From contig NC_042997.1 of NCBI RefSeq assembly GCF_006345805.1, positions 39,928,001-39,992,000 of the forward strand: a stretch of 64,000 nucleotides of DNA. The letters run 5' to 3'. Position 1 is the first letter of the stretch, and each line of letters starts with the position of its first letter. Below are positions 1-13,690 of the stretch, piece by piece. A model generated the notes under the pieces. The model was not told where the DNA came from. It made no database searches and worked only from the letters and a program-made list of their open reading frames with translations. The DNA comes from Octopus sinensis (Eukaryota). A program made the position numbers and the translations under genes.

Positions 1-676
1 ATGATTAATTACTTTCACTGACAAGGGACATAGTCGAATTTGAATTTACTTAATGTAATATTAATCATGTTATGAAAACATCTGACCTCATTACTCTGAA
101 TCTTTCTGCAAAGAAGATTCTTAGCACTCCAATTATTTGTACTGGTTTCTAAGCTCATCGGAAAGTATTTATGACAATGAAGATTGATATTTTTTTTATC
201 GACGAAGCAAATAACGACATTTTATAGTTGGCTATAAATGTCATTATCAATGTTAATAAATAATACTAATGATCATAAAGGAAATAAACATGTGATAATG
301 ACAAAAAAGAAAAAACAAAAAAAATCTGTGAGTAAACTAACGCCATCTATTATTTTGATTATAGTAACATCCGAAATATTTTCTCCTAGCAACAATCTAA
401 TTTCATAATATTTTTAATGTACACTTAATTTATATTTTTTTTTTTATAAAATAGTCATAGGACGAGAGTCAGTGGTCATGACCTTTGTATGACTTCCGAG
501 ACTGGTATTGATGTGGTTGTTGACGAGTGAACGTAAAAAGCAAAAAAAAAACAAAAAACAAACGAAACGAACCCCACCCCACAAAAAAAAGACACAAAAA
601 ATAGATAGGGTAGGAATTCTATAGGTTTGCAGTTCTAAAAAGGAGTGATTAGGTGAAATATTTAATGCATAGTGGA

Positions 677-1058
677 TGGAAGCACTCCGTCGGTTACGAC
701 GACGAGGGTTCCGGTTGATCCGATCAACGGAACAGCCTGCTCGTGAAATTAACGTGTAAGTGGCAGAGCACTCCACAGACACGTGCACCCTTAACGTAGT
801 CCTCGGGGATATTCAGCGTGACACAGAGAGTGACAAGGCCGGCCCTTTGAAATACAGGTACAACAGAAACAGGAAGTAAGAGTGAGAGAAAGTTGTGGTG
901 AAAGAGTACAGCAGGGATCACCACCATCCCCTGCCGGAGCCTCGTGGAGCTTTAGGTGTTTTCGCTCAATAAACACTCACAACGCCCGGTCTGGGAATCG
1001 AAACCGCGATCCTACGACCGCGAGTCCGCTGCCCTAACCACTGGGCCATTGCGCCTCC
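677..1058 (-). mobile_element. tRNA-derived SINE, family A, full length
   Basis: On the minus strand: A box TGGCCCAGTGG, B box GGTTTCGATTCCC, and a 3' hairpin GTTGATC-G-GATCAAC. 11-bp TSD TAATGCATAGT at 663-673 and 1059-1069. Near-identical copies at 4.7, 17.3 and 55.2 kb. Confidence 0.95.
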
Positions 1059-1289
1059 TAATGCATAGTACTGGGGTGAGTCGCTGTAAAAATGACGGGA
1101 AAAGAAAAGAGATGCCGGACGAGTAGGGCCAGAGGAAAGAGATGCGGATTTCACGAGTTCTTTAAAGGAAAGTGCAGTGGAAAGTAGTGCCTCAGTAGAA
1201 TTTGTTATCCTTAGACGGGAAGCTTGACTGTTTTCAACCAAGTAAACTATCCTAAAGGTATTCAGGTTGTGGTGTTAAAGCGGAAGGCA

Positions 1290-1688
1290 TACTCTTTTAC
1301 TCTTTTACTTGTTTCAGTCATTTGACTGCGGCCATGCTGGAGCACCGCCTTTAGACGAGCAAATCGATCCCGGGACTTATTCTTTGTAAGCCCAGTACTT
1401 ATTCTATCAGTCTCTTTTTGCCGAACCGCTAAGTGACGGGGACGTAAACACACCAGCATCGGTTGTCAAGCAATGCTAGGGGGACAAACACAGACACACA
1501 AACACATACATACATATACATATATACGACAGGCTTCTTTCAGTTTCCGTCTACCAAATCCACTCACAAGGTTTTGGTCGGCCCGGGGCTATAGCAGAAG
1601 ACACTTGCCCAAGATGCTACGCATTGGGACTGAACCCGGAACCATGTGGCTGATTAGCAAGCTACTTACCACACAGCCACTCCTGCGC
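1290..1688 (-). mobile_element. tRNA-derived SINE, family C (CORE-like, with internal CA/TA microsatellite)
   Basis: Head GCGCAGGAGTGGCTGTGTGG, CORE-like CTTGGGCAAGTGTCTTC, and (AAAAGAGT)n tail. About ten full or partial copies in the window. Confidence 0.92.
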
Positions 1689-2764
1689 ATGTTGACTTAT
1701 TACAACATCAAAGTAGAAATTAGAACCTTCTTTGTTATTTTACCCTGGGATTAGCTCCGATTGAGTAGACCTATGATCAGAAATATTTTAATTATGGTCA
1801 TTCCCGTGTTTTAGGGATATCTAAGACTACATTATCCAAAGTGTCCTTTCCCTTTTCTAAAACTGTAGGGTGTGTTGTGATGAGAGATTTGGCTACTATT
1901 TTGAGTAGGTTGAACGACAGCGTAAAGGTTCCCGTGATATTAGAACAAGACATATCTTATTGGATTCAGATCCCAGGCATAGTATTTTTCTTCTTAGATC
2001 TGCAATGTCTTTGCTTTGGCTAAAGAAGCTCTATCTCGCCTAAGGCAGTTTACTTATATATGATTGCAAGTTTGCAAGGCTATCAGTACTGTAGCTGCCC
2101 AGAGATAAAGGTTATTGCCTTTGTCTTTTTGACCAATTCATAACAATACTTTTGCTCTCTATGAACTTGAAGTCTTACCAACTATTGTTATTTCTGCTAA
2201 ACTGAAATAGATTGTTTCTAAATATCTCAATTATTTTCCAGGCTATCATCTTTGTTCTGTTATTTCCTACTTAGAAGATAAACATATATTCTATTTATGA
2301 AATGAATTATCCAGAATCTATTTCCGTCTAATATTTTTAAATTTCTTTAGCTTAATTCGCATGATCTCTTTAGCGATGATTTCTTTTCTGTAATAGAGTT
2401 GGCGTATATCTAGTAACAATACATATTTCTAATTTAGGCACAAGGCATTTTCCCCGTTTAAGAGTGAAAATTTAATCTTCACACCAACATATATAAGCCA
2501 ACGAGTGACGAAGAGAGGGACTGCTTGAAATTAGCGTCAAGTAGATCGTGGGTATGTTTTGGTCAATGCAGACGAAAGTTTCATCTTGGAGAGGCAGAAG
2601 CCATGGAAAGAAAATTAGTCGGGTGTAGGCGATAGTAAACATTTTAAGCCATCATCGAGTTGTTTAAATAAAAACAGGAATAATACATGCACTCGCACGT
2701 GCGCGCCCACACACACACATACACACATACACACACTTATGTATATATATATGTATATATATAA

Positions 2765-2888
2765 GTCGGCCCGGGGCTATAGCAGAAGACACGTGGCATC
2801 TTGGGCAAGTGTCTTCTGCTATAGCCCCGGGCCGACCAATGCCTTGTGAGTGGAATTGGTAGACGGAAACTGAAAGAAGCCTGTCGTA

Positions 2889-2953
<65 letters not shown>

Positions 2954-3163
2954 TTGTGTGTCTGTGTTTGTCCCCTTAGCATTGTTTGACAACCGATGCT
3001 GGTGTGTTTACGTCCCCGTTACTTAGCGGTTCGGCAAAAGAGACCGATAGAATAAGTACTGGGCTTACAAAGAATAAGTCCCGGGGTCGATTTGCTCGAC
3101 TAAAGGCGGTGCTCCAGCATGGCCGCAGTCAAATGACTGAAACAAGTAAAAGAGTAAAGAGTA
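2765..3163 (+). mobile_element. SINE family C, 5'-truncated with a fold-back 5' end
   Basis: Body and tail match family C. Perfect 28-bp inverted repeat at 2765-2792 / 2809-2836. Confidence 0.92.
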
Positions 3164-3580
3164 TATGTTTATCTGTATGAACGGTCGAGAAGAGGAGGCC
3201 CAGTTACTACAAATGTGGGAAGCCACAAACCCCTAAGGGTTTTCTGCTCACAGCGAAGTGCAAGAAAAGAACCCTTGCGGCCAATGTCATAAATACAACA
3301 GCAACAATATTAAGAAGGGGAGCTGCAGCAGCAACAACAAAAAAGGGAAGCACTTTCTGCAGCAGCACCATCAGCATGAACAGCAACAGAAGCACCCTCA
3401 ACAACAACAACAACAACAACATAACACAGCCCTAAAAGATAGTTCTACCACTACCGTAAGCAAAAATATAAAAATCCCCACCCCACATCTTTTAGACCAT
3501 CAAAACATATATTCATACAAAAACTCTCGAACACACTCATAGACTCATTCTTTTCTAACGCTCTTCGAGACTTTGTTGGA

Positions 3581-3582
<2 letters not shown>

Positions 3583-3631
<49 letters not shown>
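3583..3631. repeat. (AG)n microsatellite
   Basis: Direct reading. Confidence 0.98.
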
Positions 3632-3633
<2 letters not shown>

Positions 3634-4100
3634 ATCTTTACTGCTATCACAATAACAACAAAAATATTCTGAAACACAACTACAAGCAAAACCACGTGAC
3701 AGCACAAGAAACAAGTGCAGGAATAAGAATAGAAAAAAACCCACAAACTAACAACCAAACACTGAATCATCCACGTGAACAAATTTTCATATAGGTAGCG
3801 TAATGGACATAGTTTTGATGCGCTAATTACCGAAAATTAGGAAAGCGACTCCTATAATTATCACAAGTGCAAGGAGAGAGATTGTCATACCAGCTAATAT
3901 TATCGTTAACGAGAGTTGCTTCATCAAGAAAATCAGCATAAATACATTTTGTTTGCAAACGTAATCACCCTGTCCTAGGTTATGTATAACCTCTTCAACA
4001 GGGAGACAAAATCAAAAGGTATGCACCGTGGAAATGGATATGCTCATGTTTCTGGAGAAACTGTTGAGTGAAAAACGATGTCCTATATAGTCTACAAAAA

Positions 4101-4330
4101 GGCGGCGAGCTGGCAGAAACGTTAGCACGCCGGGCGAAATGCTTAGCGGTATTTCGTCTGTCGTTACGTTCTGAGTTCAAATTCCGCCGAGGTCGACTTT
4201 GCCTTTCATCCTCTCGGGGTCGATAAAAAAGTACCAGTTTCGCACTGGGTCGATGTTAATCGACTTAATCCCTTTGTCTGTCCTTGTTTTCCCCCTCTAT
4301 GTTTAGCGCCTTGTGGGTAGTAAAGAAATA
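4101..4330 (+). mobile_element. tRNA-derived SINE, family B, full length
   Basis: Head GGCGGCGAGCTGGCAGAAAC and B box GAGTTCAAATTCC. 15-bp TSD TATATAGTCTACAAA at 4084-4098 and 4331-4345. Confidence 0.95.
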
Positions 4331-4691
4331 TATATAGTCTACAAATATATCAGTTGCAAGACTAAAGAAAAATGCTTGCTAGAAGTATGGAGGGCTATAA
4401 CGTATGTAAGCAGACACAAAAATTTCGAAGAACTATATAATGGTATTATGCGCCTCTGAAAGTTATCTCCTCTTGCTATCCCATAACTGGCGACACGTGA
4501 CCAGAGTCATAATACTTGAAATTTCACCACATACTACTTTCTGAAAGAATATGAAGAGATAATCGAAGCAAAATCGGCTACTTCCTATGACTGGTTGGTA
4601 GTCCAGCTGTGGCTAAAAATGCTACTCTTCATGGCAGGTATTTTAACAGGCATTTCCGATAATATTCACCTAAAGTGTACACCAAATAAGT

Positions 4692-5085
4692 GGAGGCGCA
4701 ATGGCCCAGTGGTTAGGGCAGCAGACTCGCGGTCATAGGATCGCGGTTTCGATTCCCAGACCGGGCGTTGTGAGTGTTTATTGAGCGAAAACACCTAAAA
4801 GCTCCACGAGGCTCCGGCAGGGGATGGTGGTGATCCCTGTTGTACTCTTTCACCACAACTTTCTCTCACTCTTACTTCCTGTTTCTGTTGTACCTGTATT
4901 TCAAAGGACCGGCCTTGTCACTATCTGTGTCACGCTGAATATCCCCGAGAACTACGTTAAGGGTGCACGTGTCTGTGGAGTGATCAGCCACTTACACGTT
5001 AATTTCACGAGCAGGCTGTTCCGTTGAATCGGATCAACCGGAACCCTCGTCGTCGTAACCGACGGAGTGCTTCCACGCTTCCACC
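4692..5085 (+). mobile_element. SINE family A, full length
   Basis: A and B boxes and a short (CTTCCA)-type tail. 12-bp TSD ACACCAAATAAG at 4679-4690 and 5086-5097. Confidence 0.95.
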
Positions 5086-6670
5086 ACACCAAATAAGAGT
5101 TGTAGTGGAAGGTAGATGAGCAAAGTGCTACACGTATGGTATCTTCGAACATTAGAGAGTTTTCACTTTCTTCAAGCAAGTAGGGTAAAAACTCCTTACT
5201 GCCAACAGAAACCAAAACCACAGGTAAGAGAGTGAAGGTGATCACTATGATCTTTTCCGAAACAGGACTCCTCACAGGACTGTTATTCATTCCAAAATAA
5301 CACCAACATAAATGACACAAATACACGCAAGTACATCGACCAGCCTCAGACTCTATTTTTTTTTTTGAATTCACTGAAGCAGGGGGAAGGCCAAAGTATG
5401 GTATGCCGTGATAAGAGCCAATAGAAAAATAAATGATCGCCCATCACGCAACAAAACAGAACATTTGGTACAACTTTATTGAACGTGGAAGAATGTCATC
5501 CATAAACACAACCGTTAAGATCAATAGAAACAACCAAACTCAGCACAACCAGAACAACAACAACAGCAGCAGAAACAACAATAACAACAGCAGCAAAAAT
5601 AGTAGGAAAACACACAAACTCAACAATAGCAGCGATACCCTCAACCACATTAATAACATCTAAACAATTTCCAAAGAAAAGAAACAACTCAATATCATAA
5701 ATTTTCAAACTTCGCTGTTGTAAACAAGTGCAACAAGGAACTGGGGGTTTACATAATATAACTTACAGGCGGAGTGCAGAGGACTTTGAGAAGATCACAT
5801 TCAAGTCTCCATCAAATAAATGTTTGCTGAGGATACCGACAAACGTTTACATGCCATTATTGAATAGCAAGTTCCTAAATCCAAGGCAAAAGCAGACGGT
5901 CTTCTGGATGAATCAAGGAACTCTGTCGACAAGAACATCGTGTCACAATACAGTGATCTTCCTCCCCACTTTTCTTCCTAGCATGAATGAATTTGAAGTC
6001 AGAAATATAAATGTATGTAATCTGGGGTCAACTTGGAGGTAAGTTTACTTGCTCAATTAGGACATTAGATATAGATATGTGTGGTAGCCATCAACAAGAC
6101 CAAGATTTTTGGAATGCTTGCCTTTGCACTCACCTTTGACAACTAAAAGACAGTTAGTGTGGATTGTGAGGAGGGAAGGTAATGTTGTTTATAAAGGTTT
6201 CGATTTTAAGTCACAGTCAATCTTCTTGGACTGGGACGGTGGGTCGTTGATGTTAGGTTTGAAGAGCAGTGGTGGCATCACTTATTGACAAGTGAACGTC
6301 TATAGGGAAGAGTAACGTAATTTTTTCCAAGCATTTAGAAACTTTTGGGAAAGCGCCCCACTCTTTAATACTTCTGGGAAACAGGAATGCCATTTTAGAT
6401 GCACAGTGGGATCGTATGGGACTAAGTGATAGGTGAAGAGGTAGAAAAAGTAGTCTCACAAGCCTGCTCAGATTGTTCATATTGTTAGAAAGATGCCGAC
6501 TAAATTTTCCGAATGATCAGTATGGACATGGAGATACTACACAATTTTCAACGCTGATAATTTGTATATACGGTATTGTTAGGTTAGCGAGCTATGTTAG
6601 TGTAAGGAGTCCATAATTCCAATCGGTCGGCCAAACAAACCACAAGTTTGCAAACTATATGGTCGACCTA

Positions 6671-6901
6671 GGCGGCGAGCTGGCAGAAACGTTTACACGC
6701 CGGGTGACGTGCGTAGCCGTATTTCGTCTGTCGTTACGTTCCGAGTTCAAATTCCGCCGAGGTCGACTTTGCCTTTCATCCTTTCGGGGTCGATAAATTA
6801 AGTACCAGTTATGCACTGGGGTCGATGTAATCGACTTAATCCCTTTGTCTGTCCTTGTTTGTCCCCTCTGTGTTTAGCCCCTTGTGGGTAATAAAGAAAT
6901 A
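6671..6901 (+). mobile_element. SINE family B, full length
   Basis: Matches the 4101 copy. TSD TATATGGTCGACCTA(G) at 6656-6671 and 6902-6917. Confidence 0.95.
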
Positions 6902-7489
6902 TATATGGTCGACCTAGATAATAGATATAACTGGGACTATGACAATTGGGTGCTGACAGCGTCTTATCTTACGCACAAAGCCTACAATAACCGAGTTTCG
7001 GTCGATGGTGGGGTGACCGAAGCAACCAGTGGGTGATCCTACAGAGAGCGATTAGAGTAGAATCAATAACTTTAGCAAATAGCAGTGATATAGAAAAATA
7101 AATTATCGGAAGAATTAGTGAACAAATTTGATATTGCGTCGAAGGCGGGCGCGTGCTACTCGACTTCAATCAGATGTGTGCGGCTTTCCTGCGGCCTTTT
7201 GTTCTACAGTTCGTGGCGAGTGTTAGACTATATACAGCGCAAAACTTTAATGTCTGCAGCGGTTGTCTGTGGAAGTTACGAAAAACCGAGAAAGTATATT
7301 AGCAACAGCATCCATATCGTAGAGAGGGAGAGTAAAAAAAAAAAAAAAAAAACTAGCTTCGGCGTGGCTCTGAAAAATTTGGATCAATCAAAAGTCTTTT
7401 ATAATGTCGGCCATCGCTAGGTAACGTCTGTCCCAAGACAGCAGCTGGATAGCTTCAATATACAACGGCGTTTGTTTGGGAGTCAGGTT

Positions 7490-8179
7490 AAATTGAAACA
7501 TATCAAGAATATGATATCAAGAAATCCTCTTGCGAGCGTGACCTAGGCATGACTGTCAGCAGTGATTTGCGTTGGACAAAGCATATCTCTAAAATTGTCA
7601 AGAAGGCCGAGGGTGTCTTGGCATCACTCAGCAAGACTTTTGTTAGCCGCTCTCCAGCCATCTATTTAAAACTGTATACAGCTATGGTACGACCACACTT
7701 GGAATTCGCATCATCAGTTTGGAACCCCTATCTTGCTCAGAACATTGACCTCCTGGAATCTGTCCAGAGACGTGCAACCAAACGCATACCCTCCATCAGA
7801 CACCTACCATATTCTGAGCGCCTTGTTTCCCTGGGCATGGATTCATTGAAGCCCCGGCGTCTGGCGACGGACTTGGTAAACACCCACAAAGTTATCAACC
7901 ACCTCACCAACAACAACACTGAACACCTTTTTGATCTCCATGTGTCCAACACACGTGGACATGCCTACAAAGTCAGAAAACAACACAGCTCCCATGACTT
8001 TCGGAAACATGTTTTCACGCTCAGAGTTGCTGAAGCATGGAACAAACTGCCTGCGTCAGCTGTTGACTGCCATGACATTGCATCCTTTAAGGCCTTCATG
8101 CTTTCCGAAATCCGCCGAAACTACACCTGATTATATATACACTTTAGATGAGTTGTAGTGCACCTGAGCACTGTACACA

Positions 8180-8235
<56 letters not shown>
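7490..8235 (+). mobile_element. CR1-clade LINE, 5'-truncated 3' fragment
   Basis: ORF 7549-8130 carries CR1 C-terminal motifs (ERDLG, LYTAMVRPHLEFASSVWNP, LESVQRRATK, NTRGH, RVAEAWNKLP). Followed by a short 3' UTR and a (TAT)n tail at 8171-8235. Confidence 0.9.
7549..8130 (+). CDS. C-terminal part of CR1 ORF2 (post-RT region), open for 193 codons
   Basis: ORF track plus the CR1 motifs above. No RT catalytic core is present. Confidence 0.85.
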   Translation: MTVSSDLRWTKHISKIVKKAEGVLASLSKTFVSRSPAIYLKLYTAMVRPHLEFASSVWNPYLAQNIDLLESVQRRATKRIPSIRHLPYSERLVSLGMDSLKPRRLATDLVNTHKVINHLTNNNTEHLFDLHVSNTRGHAYKVRKQHSSHDFRKHVFTLRVAEAWNKLPASAVDCHDIASFKAFMLSEIRRNYT

Positions 8236-8237
<2 letters not shown>

Positions 8238-8299
8238 CGGAACCGTTTCCAATTACACTGAATGCCTTCTCTTTTTTTATCCTGACTCTTGGACAATTA

Positions 8300-8780
8300 C
8301 TATGGAAACTGGGACTCTTGAGATGAGGGACATTCCGTTTGCGCTGGAACGTAAGAGAACCGTGTCTAGCATATGCAGATGACGTCGCCGAAATCGTGTC
8401 GGACACCATAGAAGATGAGACGGGTGGCACCATTATAAATAGCCGGTGACAGGAGCAAAGAACCGAAAATGTCATCTGGCTTGTAGCTGAACACCCGGAG
8501 AAGCAATTGCATGCCGTTGTACAGCAGAGAGGCATTGGATGGACGGACCGGACCCGTTAAATTACTAGAAGTTTGGTTCAATTCAAACCATTAATGGGGG
8601 AAAATGGGATGAAAATTTCAAGAGAGGTGGCCTATGTAATCCAGAAATTGGTTGGAAGGAAGCTCTCCCTGAAAGGTGAAGCACTTGTGATGGACATCGT
8701 CACCATTACATCGTCTCCATTACAGTTTACTGCGCGACTGCCACACTGTGCCCTACTTTTCCCCTCTACATTAATAGTTT
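8300..8780 (+). pseudogene. Degenerate L1/Tx1-type reverse transcriptase fragment
   Basis: Manual translation gives LAYADDV, VTGAK, WMDGP and RKLSLKG, with frameshifts and stops. Confidence 0.72.
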
Positions 8781-10081
8781 AAGTCATGCTAGGTTTTACA
8801 TTGGTCTATCTCTATAGGTTTTTAAAATGATTACCAGTTGTAAGACTGGGATAGATTTAATGCACGATACTTCTTTCATACGTGTAGTTATTTGCCAAAG
8901 TAAGAAATCATTGATTACTGTGTTATATACCGTGTGTTAGCTTTAATTGCTGTTAATGCTATTCTGCTAGTTCACGGAAACAGTGACAATCTCGTTTCCT
9001 GATTTTAGCTATTTCGCTTCCCTTACACAAGAAATGATAAACAAAAGAAGTACATCATACTATCATTTTTATCCATTCCACTGCTGTATCAAATGATTTA
9101 ATCCGAAGAGGAAGAACAACGTCCATGACCCTTTTCAAGGTTTCTGAGATTAGTGATATGGAATTATGCTTGCATCAGAGTAGACTTTATCAAAGGCCCC
9201 GAAGAAGCCACACTTCTGTTGCATAGCTTGACCTAGATGCATACTTGATGTGAAGTAACATTTTTCTAAACGCAAAATATATAATTAATTATATATTATA
9301 TAAAGCATGCTGGCATTTCTTGACCTGTTATGTACTGCTGAAGGCAACTACGAGTTAGATACATCTATTTTGCAAAACTGCCAGGAAAATATCAGTCTCT
9401 AATATCCGCATTCTTATTTCATTGATCTCTCTGTTGTATTTGGAATAAAACACAACGCAACGATTATTTTTATTAAGAGTTATATTCAATATTCATTCAT
9501 ACTTTTCTTTTTCTAACATCTCTCTCTCTCCTTCTATGTAAATGCATCCACATATATTCACATACATCTTTATATATGCACGCATTGCATTAATACATTC
9601 ATTGCAAATTATACATCGCACGCACACAGTTGAGTTGTATGCGTGCGATGTACAACTAGTTAAAAAGAGTTAAAAAGAAAAAAAAATATTTATAGTTTGA
9701 GCTATTTTCATACACCAGCCAATCTTATTCATTCATACCTTCTGTCTGGGTCAGATTCATATCTTCAAAAAAACAAAAAACAAACAAAACACAAACACCA
9801 AAGACAAGACATTAACGCACCTATCACTTAATTTGTTATGAGACGTCAATTTTAGTCATGCTTTAAACTGAATAGATACAACATTATTAGCACCAATAAC
9901 AACATAATTTTCTTATTAGCTATTGTCTATAAAAAATTATATTCCTTATGATATATTACAAGAATTTCCTTTTGTTAAACCCAAATTAATTAATTATGTG
10001 TATTATTACAATAGGTAAATATTATTATTTTACATAATTAAGCTGTAATTCAATAATAATAATAATAATAATATCAATGAT

Positions 10082-10224
10082 CTCAAATTTTGGCACAAGG
10101 CCAGCAACTTTTTAGGAGAAGTAGTGAGTCAATTGCATCGAACCCAGCGTTCAACTGGTACTTATTTTATCAACTCCGAAAAGATGAAAGACAAAGTCGA
10201 CCTCTGCGGAATTTGAACTCAGGA
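10082..10224 (-). mobile_element. Old SINE related to family B, with a different 3' end
   Basis: Diverged B box and central GGTCGACTTTG domain, with a 3' end TGGCCTTGTGCCAAAATTTGA. Relatives at 34985 and 35808. Confidence 0.75.
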
Positions 10225-10226
10225 AT

Positions 10227-10271
<45 letters not shown>

Positions 10272-10289
10272 ATAATAATAATAATAATA

Positions 10290-10570
10290 TATCTTGTGAT
10301 CATAATATCTCGGCAAAAAAGAAAAAAGAATTTGATAAGCTTAGAAAATATAGAGATTTGCTGATTGAAATCGAAAAAAAAAAAGCGGCATCTCAAGACG
10401 GTTACAATACCAGTAATTGTAGGAGCACTTGGAATGACAAAAAAACAAACAAACAAAAGGAACTGAAAATTATTTGAGGTTGATCCTTGGCATATCATCC
10501 ATGCATAAAATACAAAAAATTGTCTTAACTTGTACATCACACATATTGAGAAAAGCATTGTCGATGTGAA
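10290..10570 (+). mobile_element. R4/Dong-type LINE 3' fragment
   Basis: Translates to KYRDLLIEIEK, IPVIVGALGM and IQKIVLTCTSHILRKALSM*. Lies downstream of (TAC)n(TAA)n. Confidence 0.8.
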
Positions 10571-10852
10571 TTTTCTCTTTTTTCTTTCCCCCCTTATTTT
10601 GTTTTATTCTTTTATTCTTTTATTCTTTTATTCGTTTCAGCCATACGGCTTCGGTCATGCTGGAGTACCACCGTTTTCTTTTTTCCAATTTATCTCATTT
10701 TTTCCTTCTTTCCTCTCTCTTTCTTCCATTTTTTCTATCATATGACTTTGTAAATGAACAATCTGGTGTGCTTATTTTAATGGCAATGTATACAGTGAGT
10801 TTATTTGTCCTAGGTGTTGGGAAGACACTCGGCAAGAAATTGAAAGTAGAAG

Positions 10853-10886
<34 letters not shown>

Positions 10887-11139
10887 GAAGAAGAAGAAGA
10901 AGAAGAAGAATAAGAACAACAACAATTGTTTCAAAATTTGAACAAGTCCAGCAACGTGACAGGTACTTTATATTATGGACCACAAAATGATGAAAGGCAA
11001 AGCTGACCTCGACGGTGTTTAACTCAGAATGTGAAGAGCAGCAACAAATACCGCAAAGCGTTTCTCTGACACTACCAATTCTCTAAGCTTACAGTCCTAG
11101 TAATAATAATAATAATAAGAAGAAGAATAAGAATAATTA

Positions 11140-13619
11140 TAAGTAGAGAAGAAATATGAAATACGGAAGAACGGGTTTGATGCAGTAACAGAGCAGTTAA
11201 AACAGAAGATAATGGCAAAAAGCTAGAAGATCAGAAGATTTGTGAACAGAAATAAGCAGTTCAAAGAGATAAGATTGTTCAAAAATAACCCGAAGCAATT
11301 CTTCCGAACGTTAGAAGGAGACAATGGGGAAAATGTTGTTCCTGATGCAAATCAGGAGTTCTGGAACGGATTATGGGGAAACAATGTGGTGCATAAAAGG
11401 GATGCAATGTGGAGAGGAACTATCAAGACAGAATTACAAGGAGGAAAAAAACAAAGGGATATTGTCGTAAGAACGGGAGATGTGAAAGAACATGTGGGTA
11501 AAGTGCCTAACTGGAAGACCCCCGGGACCAGATGGCTTTCATAGCTTTTGGCCGAAGAGATGCCACGCGATGCATGAAAGACTAACAGCCCAATTGAATG
11601 AATGTGTCCAGAAAGGTACAGTCTCCGCGAGGAACGTGATTGGGAGGACAACACTTATAATAGATAGAAAGGGAATATTGTGGGAAACTACCGTTCTATA
11701 GCATGCCTAAACATAATCTGGAAGATACTGGAATATGTGCGGCAAAGACATATGCTTTCCTGGCACAGGAAGAAATATTACCAAGGGAATAAAAAGGATG
11801 TAGGAAGAGTTCTCAGGGTACTAAGATTCACCTGGTCACAGATAAAACAGTTTTGAGGCATTGTAAAAAACATCATACAAACATATCTATGGCTTGGATT
11901 GACTTTAAGAAGGCAAATGATATGATGCCACATTCTTGGATCGTTGAATGCCAGCAGATGTTTGGTGTTCATGCTATGCATCACAAATTTTCTGATGCAT
12001 AGTATGAAAGAGTGGAAAACCAAATTGTACTCAAGTAATGTATTCCTTGGAGAAGTTAATATTAAAAGGGGAATCTTCCAAGGTGACTCGTTTTCTCCGT
12101 TACTATTTGTAATTGCACTAATATCCATGACAATGACACTTGGGAAAGTTAAGATGAGTTATCGATGTGGGAAGAAAGGCCCATCATTGCACCATCTTCT
12201 GTTTATGGATGACCTGAAATTGTTTGGGAAATCTGAAAAACAGATAGATTCCTTAACCAAAAACAGTCCAGAAGTGTGGTAGGAACATCGGTATGGAATT
12301 TAGGATTACCAAATGCTCAGTACTTAATATGAAAAGAAAGCATCCTGCAGAGGACTGTGGTTACCAACAGGAGAGACCATGGGCGAACCCAATGGTAGTG
12401 GGTATAGATATTTCAGAATTTTGGAGCTTGATGACATTCTACACAGAGAAATGAAAGTCAAGGTCAGCGAGGCATGTCAAAGAAGGGTGAAGATGATGTT
12501 GAAATCCAACCTGAATGCCAAAAATTTGATTACCGCAATGAATATCTGGGAAGTTGCGGTTGTCAGATATAGTGCGTCCATCCCCAAATGGACTAAGGAA
12601 GAAATATCAACACTGGATAGAAGGACGAGAAAACTGATGACGCTGCATGAGGTGCTACACCCTAAATCAAACGTAAACAGACCGTATATAAAAAGAAAGA
12701 ATGGTGGCAGAGGACTAATTAGTGAAGACCATTGTATAAGGAGTGAAAGGAGAACGCTTACCGAGTATTTGATAAATAGTGATGAAGAGATGAAGACCTG
12801 CTGCAATATGTCGCGAAAGCTATGTATGTAAATGCAGATGAAATGATGGGCAAGGCAGAGTTTAACCAAAGAGCTGAGGAGAAAAGACCGTCTTGAGATG
12901 AGAATGCATGGGCAGTTTGAAAGCCTGATCATTGTTGCACAAGACCAGGCTCTCGCTACTAATAACATCTATAAATCTTCTGACACCCAGAAATGAAGAC
13001 TCTGTGGAAAGAGTGAGGAAAATGTGACCCACTTGGTAAATGGAATACAAGCGCTGGCACGATAAAATGTGTGTGTATCTTCATTGGCTTTTATACCGTA
13101 AATGCCAATATGAAAAAACAGATAGTTGGTATGAGCATGTACCAAGTAAAGTTATGCAGGCGGATGGAAAAGTAACGATACTCTGGGATTATGATTTTCA
13201 GAAAGATCGTGTAATCGAACACCGTCGGCCGGATATTGTCATATTGAGTAAGAGAGAGACAAATTCTGTCAGATTATTGATGTAGCCATACTAAATGACA
13301 TGAATGTTGTGAGTGAAGAGGTTGAAAAAAATCACCAAGTACTCCGAATTGAAAGTGGAAATGGCAAGACTGTAGGAATGCGAGAGGGTAATGTAAAAGT
13401 GATACCAGGGGTGATCGGAGCGTTGGGCTCAATCCCATTGAAACTTCAAGACTTCTTAAAGCAACTGGAAATCCCATGCAAGATTGATGTCGTGCAAAAA
13501 GCAACCTTATTGGGCACAGCGCACATCTTAAGGAAAGTATTATCTGTCTGAGGTCCTTGTTGTGACTTGACAGAAGACTAAAGATTCCGGTGCATTTTTA
13601 CCTACACTGTGTTACGAAG

Positions 13620-13688
<69 letters not shown>
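11140..13688 (+). mobile_element. R4/Dong-type RLE LINE, 5'-truncated and degenerate
   Basis: ORF pieces: NWKTPG, GIFQGDSFSPLLF, HLLFMDDLK, NGGRGLI, RPDIVI and LLGTAHILRKVLSV*. (TAA)n at the 5' side and (AAT)n at 13621-13688. Confidence 0.92.

Positions 13689-13690
<2 letters not shown>

Noticed and set aside
1070-1290. Possible CR1/L2 remnant between two SINEs
   Set aside because: No diagnostic motif could be recovered in any frame.
3254-3455. Possible polyQ exon (TTTTCTGCTCACAG...ACC|GTAAGC)
   Set aside because: The content looks like a decayed CAA/CAG microsatellite, similar patches recur (5.5 kb), and no domain is recognisable.
5769-6038. 270-nt open frame with an acceptor and a perfect GAG|GTAAGT donor
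   Set aside because: The peptide is not protein-like, the acceptor is pyrimidine-poor, and the opposite strand hints at a decayed APE motif (GDLNV). It is not supportable without RNA data.
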